Source of the DNA: Spirochaetaceae bacterium | GTDB taxonomy: Bacteria > Spirochaetota > Spirochaetia > DSM-27196 > SLST01 | Length of the DNA stretch: 61,512 nucleotides | NCBI GenBank assembly: GCA_007118855.1 | Contig: SKQU01000134.1 | Coordinates: forward strand, 1 to 61,512 | Reading direction: 5' to 3' | Part shown: one piece after another, positions 9,265 through 18,012 of the stretch | Position numbering within the stretch: the stretch's first letter is position 1 | Layout of the letters: each line of letters begins with the position of its first letter | The notes under the pieces: model-generated | Told to the model about the DNA's origin: nothing | Databases searched by the model: none | The model's input: only the letters and a program-made list of their open reading frames with translations | Translations under genes and position numbers: made by a program

Positions 9265-10344
9265 TCACGTGTTGATCCTCGAGCGGGTGAGCGCCGCCAT
9301 CAGCCCCGCGCAGAGCAGCCACACGCCGAGTGTGACGGCCGTTCCAAGGTCTGTAGGCAGGAGGTACCAGGCCACAGCCACGAACCCGAGGACCAGCGAC
9401 GCCCCATAGGTGAGGCCGAGGATGCTCCATGTTCCGAGTCCCAAGTCCATGAGCTTGTGGTGCAGGTGCTCCCGGTCGGCGCTGAACGGATGCTGACCGC
9501 GGCGAAGGCGCCGGAAAACCGACGTCGTCACGTCGAGAAGCGGAACGCCGAGTATCGTGATCGCGGGGATCAAGTTGAGTGAAGTTCCGGTCCGCTCATT
9601 GAGCATGAGCGGGAACAGGCTCAGGACGAAGCCGAGCACGTAGCTGCCGGAGTCGCCCATGAAGATCCGGGCCGGCGGAGCGTTGAACAGCAGAAAACCG
9701 ACGATGCTGCCCAACAGTCCGATCGCGAGGAGCGCTGTCGAGCTTTCCGCGCCCATGAGCGCGATCGCTGCGAAGAAGAGCGCCGCGATCCCGGCGTTCC
9801 CGCCGGCAAGACTGTCCACCCCGTCGATGAAGTTCAGAGCATTCGACACGGCGACGATCCACAGAATCGTGACGAGAACCCCGAAACCGCCGAGGTCGAT
9901 CGGGTACCACAGGAGCGGAATCGTCAGCCGGGTGATCCGCAGAGGGCTGAAGGCGATGATTGCCGCGGCCGCGATCTGGATGAACAGCTTGAGGACGGCG
10001 CGCAGATTCCGGAAATCGTCGATGAGCCCGAGCAGGTGTATCAGCGTCACTCCGAGCAAGGCTGGAAGGAAACGCAGCAGTAACTCTCCTATCGTACTCT
10101 CGGTGGTGCGTGCGATCCCGGGAATAGCCCCGGTGGAGAGGAGGCCGGCGACGAGCGCCGCGGCGAGGAATCCAAGATAGATGCCGACTCCGCCGATCCG
10201 GGGTACATCCTCCGTGTGTATCTTGCGATGGTTCTGCTCGTCATACCACCGGTTCCTGTGGGCAAGGCGGATCACGAGCGGCGTGATGGCCGCGTTGACG
10301 ATGAGACTCGTGAGGAAGGTGATCAGCAGGTGCTCACTCGTCAT
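9265..10344 (-). CDS. polyprenyl-phosphate HexNAc-1-phosphate transferase (WecA/MraY family)
   Basis: Multi-TM protein with HTEDVPRIGGVGIYLGF and NALNFIDGVDSLAGG motifs. Confidence 0.85.
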   Translation of the reverse strand: MTSEHLLITFLTSLIVNAAITPLVIRLAHRNRWYDEQNHRKIHTEDVPRIGGVGIYLGFLAAALVAGLLSTGAIPGIARTTESTIGELLLRFLPALLGVTLIHLLGLIDDFRNLRAVLKLFIQIAAAAIIAFSPLRITRLTIPLLWYPIDLGGFGVLVTILWIVAVSNALNFIDGVDSLAGGNAGIAALFFAAIALMGAESSTALLAIGLLGSIVGFLLFNAPPARIFMGDSGSYVLGFVLSLFPLMLNERTGTSLNLIPAITILGVPLLDVTTSVFRRLRRGQHPFSADREHLHHKLMDLGLGTWSILGLTYGASLVLGFVAVAWYLLPTDLGTAVTLGVWLLCAGLMAALTRSRINT

Positions 10345-10358
10345 TGGCTACCCGGCGG

Positions 10359-10796
10359 TCAGCCTCCTCCCTCGTAGTATGTGCGGATGCGGCGGTAGCT
10401 CTGGTTCAGTTTCTTCGTCACTTCCGTTGCGGTCTGAAGCCGCACCGGATCCGCCGCGTGACGGTCCGGATGGAATGCCGCCATCAACCGCTTGTAGGCC
10501 TGCCGGACATCGGGCAGCGGCGCTCCCACCCGAACTTCCAGATTGCGAAAGTCACGGCGCAGCGATGCCGGCATCTCGGGCTGCTGGTTCGCGGCGAAGG
10601 AGCGTGCCGCGCCCTGCCGGCCGCCCTCCCTCATATACTCGTCGAGCTCTTCCCACGCAGTCTGTTCGTCCGGATCCGTGAAGGCCGAGGATGCGCTCCC
10701 GGGTCTGTCCTCGTCGTCGAGAATGGTTCGAATCAGGTTTCCGAGTCGATCAAAGATGTCCACAGAACCTCTGGCGAGCATTGTAGTTGAAGCCAA
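10359..10796 (-). CDS. J-domain (DnaJ-like) protein
   Basis: C-terminal J domain with an HPD tripeptide (QAYKRLMAAFHPDRH). The start could also be ATG 10781. Confidence 0.65.
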   Translation of the reverse strand: MASTTMLARGSVDIFDRLGNLIRTILDDEDRPGSASSAFTDPDEQTAWEELDEYMREGGRQGAARSFAANQQPEMPASLRRDFRNLEVRVGAPLPDVRQAYKRLMAAFHPDRHAADPVRLQTATEVTKKLNQSYRRIRTYYEGGG

Positions 10797-10814
10797 CGAA
10801 GATGAAAAGCTGCT

Positions 10815-12149
10815 TCAGGGAGCGAAGAGCCGATCGTGAAGCGACCGCAGAACCGGTACCGTGTCGCTCTCAGCCACGAGGAGGGTGAGGTTTATGTCCG
10901 AGGAGCCGAGGGAGATCATGCGCACCGGGCTGGGATGCATCGCCGCGAAGATGCGTGAGAGGACCTCCGCCCGCCGGAACACATCGCGCCCGATGATACA
11001 GATGATACTCTTCTCGCGTTCCACGCTGACCTCACCAAGCGGAGTCAGATCTCTGACGACAGGCGCGAGATCCACATCACGCTCAACCGTCATGGAGACG
11101 GACACCTCGCTCGTAGCGACGAGGTCGACCGACACCCGATGGGTATCGAAGACGGCGAACAGGGCACGGAGAAACCCGTAGGCGTTGAGCATGCGTGAGG
11201 ACTGGACCGTGATGAGCGTGACTCCCGATTTGGAGGCGATTGCTCGTATCCCGCTCCCCTGCGCCTGCGCCTGGATGCACGTTCCGTGCGCCTCGGGAAC
11301 CGAGGTATTCTTCACCCATACCGGGATCGCCCTGCGAATCGCCGGGAGAATCGTGTACGGATGAACGACGCGTGCCCCGAAGTAGGCGAGCTCGGCCGCC
11401 TCGTCGTAGGAGATTGCGGGAATCGTGCGGGCTCCAGCGATGACCCGGGGATCACTCGTCATGATTCCGTCAACGTCGGTCCAGATCTCCACGGACTCGG
11501 CGTCGAGGGCGGCGCCAAATATCGTGGCCGAGTAGTCGGATCCGCCGCGGCCGAGCGTCGTCGTGACACCGTCCTCAGTCGATCCGATGAACCCCTGGGT
11601 CACATAGAGGTGGTGCGGTCGCGGGCGCAGTTGCTCCCGGATGAGTCGCCGTGTGCCGTCCATCTGCGGCGCGCCCGAACCGAAGGTTGCGTCGGTGCGA
11701 ATGAGTCTGCGCGCATCCACGAGCTCCGCGTCGATCCCCTGGTCCCGGGCCGCGGCCGTGATGATAAGCGTGGACAGACGCTCGCCGAAGGAGAGAACTG
11801 CGTCGCTGCTGCGGGCGGTGCACTCCCGGATCAGGTAGATCCCCTGCGTGAGGCCGCGTAATTCCTCAAAGTGGCGATTCAGCGCGCGCTCGAGTCCGCC
11901 GGAATCGGCAAGGAGCTCCCGTGCAGCCGCGTGGTGCGTGGCTTCGAGCTTCTCGATCAGGGCGAACGCAGCGTCTCGGTCGCCGTCGCGGGCGTGCGCC
12001 GCGGTCAGGACGAGGGTATCGGTCGTCTTTCCCATCGCCGAGGAGACGAGGAGGGGGGCGTCCTCGAGCCGTGATCGTGCGATCGCGACGACGCGGCGGA
12101 TCATATCGGCGTTTCGTACGCTCGAACCGCCGAACTTCATGACGATCAT
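10815..12149 (-). CDS. lysC: aspartate kinase
   Basis: MIVMKFGGSSVRNADMI...SAMGKTTDTL and C-terminal ACT-like repeats. The start overlaps the asd stop (ATGA). Confidence 0.9.
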   Translation of the reverse strand: MIVMKFGGSSVRNADMIRRVVAIARSRLEDAPLLVSSAMGKTTDTLVLTAAHARDGDRDAAFALIEKLEATHHAAARELLADSGGLERALNRHFEELRGLTQGIYLIRECTARSSDAVLSFGERLSTLIITAAARDQGIDAELVDARRLIRTDATFGSGAPQMDGTRRLIREQLRPRPHHLYVTQGFIGSTEDGVTTTLGRGGSDYSATIFGAALDAESVEIWTDVDGIMTSDPRVIAGARTIPAISYDEAAELAYFGARVVHPYTILPAIRRAIPVWVKNTSVPEAHGTCIQAQAQGSGIRAIASKSGVTLITVQSSRMLNAYGFLRALFAVFDTHRVSVDLVATSEVSVSMTVERDVDLAPVVRDLTPLGEVSVEREKSIICIIGRDVFRRAEVLSRIFAAMHPSPVRMISLGSSDINLTLLVAESDTVPVLRSLHDRLFAP

Positions 12150-13207
12150 CGGCGCGGTTTGTACCCGAGGCTCACGAATGCCTCCGCGTTCAGGATCGCT
12201 GCACCGGCGGCGCCGCGTACCGTGTTGTGCCCGAGGATGACCATCTTGTAGTCGAGCACGGGGCAGGGCCTGATGCGGCCGATGAGCGTCGCCATGCCAC
12301 CGGCGTGCCAGACATCCCGTGCCGGCTGAGGCCGGTCCGGCTCGTCGAACACGACGAGCGGCCGCGGCGGCGCAGAGGGCAGACCGCGCTCCTGCGGCAG
12401 CCCCCTGAATCCGGCGAGCACCTCGCGTACCTGCTCGAGGCTTGCCTCCCGTTCGAGCTTGAAGGACACGGTTTCCGTGTGACCGTCATAGACCGGCACC
12501 CGGTTGCACTGGGCGCTGACCGCGAAGCCCGCGGGGACGATATGGTCACCGTCGAGCGTGCCGAGGATCTTGACAACCTCCTCCTCGAGCTTCTCCTCCT
12601 CGTTGGCGATGAACGGGACGATGTTTCCAAGGATATCGAGGCTGGCGACTCCCGGGTACCCCGCACCGGAGATCGCCTGCATCGTCGTGACCTGGACCAT
12701 GCTGACTCCGAATGCCCGGTGAAGCGGTGCAAGCGCCATCGCAAGGAACATCGACGAGCAGTTCGAGTTGGTGATGATCGCTCCCGGGCCCGGCTGTTGG
12801 TTCACGAGCGCGAAGTGATCCGGGTTGATCTCCGGTATGACCAGCGGCACCCGCTCGCCCATACGATGGCTCGATGCGTTCGAGATCACGGTATGTCCGA
12901 GATCGGCGTACCGTTGCTCCGCCTCTCCGGCAACCGTGGAATCGAGGCCTGAGAAGAGAACCGGGCTCGTGAGCGCCGCATCCAGAGGCGCTACGGTCAG
13001 GCCGGCGGCCGACGCGGGGATCGGCGTCTCCTGCTTCCAGGCGACGGCCTCCGCGTACGTCCGGCCCGCGGAACGCTCGGAAGCGACGAGCTCGGCGACC
13101 CGGAACATTGGATGCCCCTCAAGGAGCCTGATGAACTTCTGACCGACCGTGCCTGTGGCGCCGAGAACCGCCACATCGATTGCCTCTTTCACATCACCTC
13201 CGAGCAT
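12146..13207 (-). CDS. asd: aspartate-semialdehyde dehydrogenase
   Basis: VAVLGATGTVGQKF NAD(P) loop and active-site SNCSS. GTG 13192, preceded by GGAGG, is an alternative start. Confidence 0.9.
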   Translation of the reverse strand: MLGGDVKEAIDVAVLGATGTVGQKFIRLLEGHPMFRVAELVASERSAGRTYAEAVAWKQETPIPASAAGLTVAPLDAALTSPVLFSGLDSTVAGEAEQRYADLGHTVISNASSHRMGERVPLVIPEINPDHFALVNQQPGPGAIITNSNCSSMFLAMALAPLHRAFGVSMVQVTTMQAISGAGYPGVASLDILGNIVPFIANEEEKLEEEVVKILGTLDGDHIVPAGFAVSAQCNRVPVYDGHTETVSFKLEREASLEQVREVLAGFRGLPQERGLPSAPPRPLVVFDEPDRPQPARDVWHAGGMATLIGRIRPCPVLDYKMVILGHNTVRGAAGAAILNAEAFVSLGYKPRR

Positions 13208-13252
13208 TCGCTACAGTAATGACACGGCCCGCGCCAGTCAACGCCGTCCGAA

Positions 13253-13288
13253 CGCTGTGCCACACGCTGTGCCACACGCTGTGCACCC
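13253..13288. repeat. 12-bp direct tandem repeat CGCTGTGCCACA (2 perfect copies plus an 8-nt partial) in a divergent intergenic region
   Basis: Read directly: 13253-13264 and 13265-13276 are identical, and 13277-13284 repeats the first 8 nt. A 7-bp inverted repeat CACCCGG/CCGGGTG follows at 13284-13290 and 13301-13307. Confidence 0.75.
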
Positions 13289-13339
13289 GGCGCTCCGCCA
13301 CCGGGTGACATCGATGCCGTTTCTCGCTACCCTGCCGTC

Positions 13340-14158
13340 ATGCAGGCCGATTTTCGCGAACGTGTTGAGAAGGCCGTCTGTTCGGTGAAGCGACGGACGG
13401 AACGAGCCCCGGGCATCGCGATCGTGCTCGGATCCGGGCTCTCGGAGGTGATCGATGACCTGGTTCCCGAACCCGACGGGGCGGTGACCATCGCGTACCG
13501 CGAGATCAGCGGATTCGGCTCGCCGTCGATCAGCGGCCACCGTGGCACGCTTACGGTTGGCGACGATGTGGCCGTGATGGCCGGACGTTTCCACTACTAC
13601 GAGGGAGGTTCGCTGGACGACGTGGTGCTCCCGGTCGCGACGCTCGCCGGACTCGGGGTCCACACGCTCATCGTGACGAACGCCGCGGGAGGCATCCGGC
13701 GGGACTACCGGCCGGGCGATCTGGTCCTGATCGCTGATCACATCAACCTCATGGGTACGAGTCCTTTGATCGGCCCACAGGATGCGGGGAGCAGCGCCCG
13801 ATTCCCGGACATGACCGACGCGTACGACCCGGCCCTTCGCGAGATCGCGTGCGAGCTCGACCCGGACCTCAAGAGCGGTGTCTACGCCGCGATGTCGGGC
13901 CCGGCGTACGAGACGCCGGCGGAGATCACGATGCTCGAGCGACTCGGCGCGGATCTCGTGGGCATGTCCACCGTGCCCGAGGTGCTGGCTGCCCGCAGCT
14001 ACGGGCTTCGCGTGCTGGGCGTCTCCACCGTCACGAACCTCGCGGCCGGTCGCGCGGGCAAGCCGCTCGACCACCGGGAGGTGGTCGAGGTCGGCGCGTC
14101 CATCCGTGATCGCATGGTTGGACTGTTGTCCCGGTTGGTTGCAGCCGTGAGGGCATGA
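13340..14158 (+). CDS. purine nucleoside phosphorylase (trimeric PNP/MTAP family)
   Basis: IVLGSGLS, GHRGTL, GRFHYYEG, VTNAAGG, MSGPAYETPAE and GMSTVPE motifs. Confidence 0.85.
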   Translation: MQADFRERVEKAVCSVKRRTERAPGIAIVLGSGLSEVIDDLVPEPDGAVTIAYREISGFGSPSISGHRGTLTVGDDVAVMAGRFHYYEGGSLDDVVLPVATLAGLGVHTLIVTNAAGGIRRDYRPGDLVLIADHINLMGTSPLIGPQDAGSSARFPDMTDAYDPALREIACELDPDLKSGVYAAMSGPAYETPAEITMLERLGADLVGMSTVPEVLAARSYGLRVLGVSTVTNLAAGRAGKPLDHREVVEVGASIRDRMVGLLSRLVAAVRA

Positions 14159-14164
14159 CAGACG

Positions 14165-16642
14165 ATGCGGGCCGAGCAGCGAGTAGACGCCGATGCGGCG
14201 GCAGCGATGCGCGAAGCCATCGCGGAATCCGACGGCTCCGAGGTCCTCTTCCTTTGCGAATGCGATGAGGAACTGAGGATCACCGCCGTGCGGGTCATCG
14301 CCCGCGGCGTGCCGGAGATGGTCGCCGCGCCCATGGATCAGCTCCATCGCGGGCAGGTCGTCGTCCATAACCATCCCGGCGGGAATCTGCAGCCGAGCCG
14401 GGCCGACGTCGCCGTCGCGGCTGAGCTTGCGGAATCAGGCGTCGGTTCCTTCATCGTGGACAACGAGATCTCCCAACTGCTCGTCGTCTGCGAGCCGAGC
14501 CCGCCGCGCCACCTCGAGCCTCTCGAGGTGGACGAGCTCGCAGCGGTCCTTGACGACGGAGGGCAGCTGTCTACGCTCTTCGCCGATTTCGAGGCGCGTC
14601 AGAGCCAGGTGGACATGCTGCGCCTCGTCGCGGCAGGGTTCAACGCAGACCGGGTTGTCGCCGTGGAGGCGGGCACCGGCGTGGGCAAGAGCTTCGCCTA
14701 CCTCATTCCCGCCATCGCCTGGGCTGCCGTTAACGAGGAACGCGTGGTCATCTCCACGGCGACGATCAACCTGCAACAGCAACTCGTGGAGAAGGATATC
14801 CCCACGGTCCAGCGGCTCCTCGGGCTCGACGTGCCTGTGATGCTCGTGAAGGGGCGAGGGAACTACCTGTGCCGCAAGCGGCTCGGTGAAGCCGTGGAAG
14901 AGGAGTCGCTGTTCGCCGGGGGGGAAGCCGACGAGGCAGTCGAGGGAGATTCGTTCGACGGAGCCGACGAACCGATCGAACCGGATCTCGCGGCGATCCG
15001 GGACTGGGCGCAGACATCCGCGACCGGGAGCCGCAGCGAACTGCCGTTCATGGTCTCCGACGAGCTGTGGGGGCGGGTGAACTCGGATGCCGACTCGTGT
15101 ACCGAGTTGACCTGTCGGCTGCGCGAGACCTGCTTCTTCCTGCGCGCGCGTCGGCAGGCAGCTGCCGCGAAGGTCCTCGTCGCGAATCACCACCTGCTCT
15201 TCATCGATCTCGCGCTGCGGGTCAGAGGCATAGGCTTCGAGGCCCGGGCCGTTCTCCCGCCGTTTCAGCGGCTGATCTTCGACGAGGCGCACAGCATCGA
15301 GAACAGCGCCACAAGCCTGTTCAGCGACAGTTTCTCGCGATTCTCGGTGACCAAGCACGCACGCCGGCTCCTGCGCACCCGCCGCGGTCGCAGCTACGGA
15401 CTGCTCGCCGCTGTTGGCCGCCGCGGAGCCGACGCGGCCGCGGTCTCACGCGCGACGGCGGCGCTCGCGTCGGCGGAGGAGGGCGCGCAGGCGCTGAACG
15501 CGTCGGTCGTTGCGGCCGTGGACTTCACGCTGCGCCTGACCGTGGCCCTGCCCGATTCGGTGCTCCGGGCCATCCTCGACCCGATCGGCGAGCTCCATAC
15601 GCGTCTGGTGGCGCTGGCAAACGCCCTGTCCGACGTCATGGAAGACGACGACGGCGATGAGGCCGGACCGTATCACGAGCTTCGGATCGTGCTTCGTCGC
15701 CTCGAGCGTCTGGTAACGCTGTGCAACAGCTTCACCGAGCTTGCAAACCATAGCGATCGAGTCTTCTGGGTGGAGGTGCGAAAGAGCGCGGACGGCGGGC
15801 GAAGCGGACGCATGATCTCGAGCCCGCTCGACATCCGCGCCGTGATGCGGGAGGCAGTCTTCGATGTCTTCGATACGGCCGTATTCACCTCCGCGACGCT
15901 CACGGTGGGTAATTCGTTCGACTACTGGGGAGGTCGGGTCGGGCTGTTCGACTCCGCTCGCGAGATGGATCTCGTCCAGTTCCCGTCCCCGTTTCCGTAC
16001 GCCGAACGTGCGCTCGTCGCGGTACCAACAGACGCCCCGGAGCCCGCCGAAGAGGCATATGGCCCCTACCTCGTGTCGTTTCTCGGCGATCTACTCGAGG
16101 TCAGCGAGGGACGAGCTCTCGTGCTCTTCACCTCGTACGAGATGCTGCGTGAGGCGCATGGCGCGCTCCGGGACCGGCTGGCTGCGCACGGGATCGCCGC
16201 ATTGCGTCAGGGCGACGACGACCGCGCGAGGCTGCTCGCGCGGGTGGCGGCCGACACGTCGAGCGTGCTCTTCGCGACCGAGAGCTTCTGGCAGGGCGTC
16301 GATCTTCCGGGGGACACCTTGCAGGTGGTCGTGCTGTGCCGGCTGCCTTTTCGCGTGCCGACGGATCCGATTCTCCTCGCGCGAACAGAGGCTATAGAAG
16401 CGCGCGGCGGGAATGCGTTCACCGAGCTCGCGCTACCGGAGGCGGTGATGAAGTTCCGTCAGGGCTTCGGCCGGCTGATGCGCCGCAACACCGACCGCGG
16501 GGTTGTCGTGGTGACCGACGTTCGTGTTCTCACCAAACGGTACGGCGCCTTGTTTCTCGAGTCGCTTCCCCGTACCCGGGTGAGCCGCCGGGAGGCGGGC
16601 GGCGTGATCGAGGACGTCGAACGGTTTCTCTACCCTGCCTGA
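14165..16642 (+). CDS. dinG: RadC-like JAB/JAMM domain fused to DinG/XPD-family Fe-S ATP-dependent DNA helicase
   Basis: N-terminal ~110 aa carry an exact JAMM signature HNHPGGNLQPSRAD (nt 14366-14407). Then come Walker A AGTGVGKS, four Cys (YLCRKR, SCTELTC, ETCFF), DEAH-type DEAHSIE, and C-terminal helicase motifs (LFTSY, FWQGVDLPG, QGFGRLMR). Confidence 0.85.
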   Translation: MRAEQRVDADAAAAMREAIAESDGSEVLFLCECDEELRITAVRVIARGVPEMVAAPMDQLHRGQVVVHNHPGGNLQPSRADVAVAAELAESGVGSFIVDNEISQLLVVCEPSPPRHLEPLEVDELAAVLDDGGQLSTLFADFEARQSQVDMLRLVAAGFNADRVVAVEAGTGVGKSFAYLIPAIAWAAVNEERVVISTATINLQQQLVEKDIPTVQRLLGLDVPVMLVKGRGNYLCRKRLGEAVEEESLFAGGEADEAVEGDSFDGADEPIEPDLAAIRDWAQTSATGSRSELPFMVSDELWGRVNSDADSCTELTCRLRETCFFLRARRQAAAAKVLVANHHLLFIDLALRVRGIGFEARAVLPPFQRLIFDEAHSIENSATSLFSDSFSRFSVTKHARRLLRTRRGRSYGLLAAVGRRGADAAAVSRATAALASAEEGAQALNASVVAAVDFTLRLTVALPDSVLRAILDPIGELHTRLVALANALSDVMEDDDGDEAGPYHELRIVLRRLERLVTLCNSFTELANHSDRVFWVEVRKSADGGRSGRMISSPLDIRAVMREAVFDVFDTAVFTSATLTVGNSFDYWGGRVGLFDSAREMDLVQFPSPFPYAERALVAVPTDAPEPAEEAYGPYLVSFLGDLLEVSEGRALVLFTSYEMLREAHGALRDRLAAHGIAALRQGDDDRARLLARVAADTSSVLFATESFWQGVDLPGDTLQVVVLCRLPFRVPTDPILLARTEAIEARGGNAFTELALPEAVMKFRQGFGRLMRRNTDRGVVVVTDVRVLTKRYGALFLESLPRTRVSRREAGGVIEDVERFLYPA

Positions 16643-16645
16643 CCG

Positions 16646-16673
16646 AAAAAAAAGCGCCCCGAGCCGGGACGCT
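16646..16673 (-). terminator. intrinsic terminator of groES
   Basis: The minus strand reads AGCGTCCCG-GCT-CGGGGCGCT (9-bp stem with one G-U pair) followed by T8, 27 nt after the groES stop. Confidence 0.8.
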
Positions 16674-16699
16674 TCCGCTTTCGCATTGAGCGGGGAGAC

Positions 16700-16966
16700 T
16701 TACTGGATCACCGCGATGATATCAGGCATCTTGATGATCAGATGGTCCTTTCCGTCGAGCTCGATCGTGGTGCCGGCATACTTGTCGTACATCACTCTGT
16801 CTCCCTTCTTGACCGTAATGGCGTCCTTGTCGTCTCCTACTTCAACGACGACACCGGTCTGGGTCTTCTCCTGAGCGGTCTGCGGTATAAAGAGGCCGCT
16901 CTTGGTCTTCTCCTCGACCTCTTCAATACTCAACAACACACGGTCCCCAATGGGCTTCACCTTCAT
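16700..16966 (-). CDS. groES: co-chaperonin GroES
   Basis: MKVKPIGDRVLL...GLFIP...GDRVMYDKYAGT, full-length 88 aa. No groEL follows it. Confidence 0.95.
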   Translation of the reverse strand: MKVKPIGDRVLLSIEEVEEKTKSGLFIPQTAQEKTQTGVVVEVGDDKDAITVKKGDRVMYDKYAGTTIELDGKDHLIIKMPDIIAVIQ

Positions 16967-17019
16967 CTCTTCCTCCTGAACAGGGTATCGCGATTTTTGG
17001 TGCTTGTAGATTCATCGGT

Positions 17020-17048
17020 AATATACCGGTGCGCTCGGCAGCGGTCAA
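17020..17048 (-). promoter_or_regulatory. sigma-70-type promoter candidate for groES (TTGACC-17-TATATT)
   Basis: The minus strand reads TTGACC (17048-17043), a 17-nt spacer, then TATATT (17025-17020), about 50 nt upstream of the groES ATG. No CIRCE-like inverted repeat was seen. Confidence 0.55.
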
Positions 17049-17127
17049 GACGGTCCGGTCCGGAAGCCGGTAGTCCCTGCCGCAAGTTGAAGACGCTTTA
17101 CTGTCGGAGGCCGCAGAGAGTACTTTC

Positions 17128-17841
17128 GTGCCGGGGATGGTTGTGCATCAATGGCTCGTCGACTACCAGCGTGGGCTTCGGTGGCTCCGGCGCCGTCGGC
17201 CGCTTCGCGCGCTCGCCTATCTCGAGCGCGCCCTGCTCACGATCCCGACCGACCGGCTGCGCTCGGCGGGAGCGGGAACCGCTCGAGCCGATCTGGCGAG
17301 GCTGTTCTACTACCTCGGACTGGGATTCCGGAAGGCGGGTATGCGCAACCGCGCAATCGGGAGCTGGGTAGAGTCTGCGCGGCTCGAGAAGCGTGGAAAC
17401 GTACGCCGAAAGCTTGTTCGCGTGACGAATCCGTACGGGATGGCGCGTCAGGAAAGCCGTGACGTCGACGATCAGCAGGCCTTCTACGGTGTTCAGCTGT
17501 CGCGCTACGTCCGGTCGAAGCAGTCGCATCGGCTCGGGACTCGTGCCGAGATCGATATGATCGCCGAGCTGATCGACGAGTACTGGGCCCGGCTTCGTGG
17601 GACCGTAGACCTGTCGCAGATGACCTGTGCGCAGAAACTCGAGCTCTTCCGGACCGTCGTGATCGTCTTCCCCTTCCTCACGGTGCCCCGGGACCTGAGG
17701 GTCGAAGACGTCGCGATCGACTTCTCTCACGGGCGCAGGGTCGGGGACGGTGACCGGTGTGTCTGCGGAAGCGGCCTCCCCTACAGACTGTGCCATGGTC
17801 GCACACCCGGAACCGACGAAGCCCTGATTGGGAAATTCTGA
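17128..17841 (+). CDS. SEC-C motif domain protein, function unknown
   Basis: C-terminal CVCGSGLPYRLCHG (SEC-C metal-binding motif). Preferred over the antisense ORF 17098..17796, which has no motif. Confidence 0.6.
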   Translation: MPGMVVHQWLVDYQRGLRWLRRRRPLRALAYLERALLTIPTDRLRSAGAGTARADLARLFYYLGLGFRKAGMRNRAIGSWVESARLEKRGNVRRKLVRVTNPYGMARQESRDVDDQQAFYGVQLSRYVRSKQSHRLGTRAEIDMIAELIDEYWARLRGTVDLSQMTCAQKLELFRTVVIVFPFLTVPRDLRVEDVAIDFSHGRRVGDGDRCVCGSGLPYRLCHGRTPGTDEALIGKF

Positions 17842-17975
17842 CCCACTTCATCGGCTTATTGCGACCAGTGTAGCATCGTGACCCACTACTGCCGGTCGAC
17901 GCACCGACCTCGACTCTTCATCGCCGTAAGTTTCTGCCATATATACACTTAAAACGTAGTGATATTGGAGGGTTT

Positions 17976-17991
17976 TGGCACGCCACTTGCA
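17976..17991 (+). promoter_or_regulatory. sigma-54 (-24/-12) promoter candidate TGGCAC-N5-TTGCA
   Basis: TTGGCACGCCACTTGCAT read directly. It lies 21 nt upstream of ATG 18013, which has GGAGG at 18003-18007. Confidence 0.65.
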
Positions 17992-18012
17992 TTCTACCGG
18001 GCGGAGGAAAGA

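Noticed and set aside
13253-13288. The reverse complement of the 12-bp repeats contains TGGCAC twice, a possible sigma-54 promoter for asd
   Set aside because: No TTGC -12 element follows at the required spacing (GTGGC and TCGGA instead). It is kept only as a repeat or operator candidate.
13208-13339. Possible lysine riboswitch (L-box) leader for asd-lysC
   Set aside because: Only 132 nt are available, shared with a divergent promoter, and I could not recognise L-box helices or conserved loops by eye. A covariance-model scan would be needed to be sure.
13340-14158. PNP gene directly upstream of a JAB-DinG helicase, considered as a PNP-effector defence module
   Set aside because: The PNP has the full set of housekeeping trimeric-PNP motifs. 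The neighbourhood (asd-lysC, groES) is core, and no sensor, signalling or mobile-element genes are present.
16967-17127. CIRCE/HrcA operator upstream of groES
   Set aside because: I searched both strands by eye and found no TTAGCACTC-N9-GAGTGCTAA-like inverted repeat, only a sigma-70-type promoter.
17098-17796. 232-aa minus-strand ORF competing with the SEC-C gene
   Set aside because: The plus-strand frame ends in a textbook SEC-C motif and has a better GC3 pattern, and the minus-strand product has no motif.
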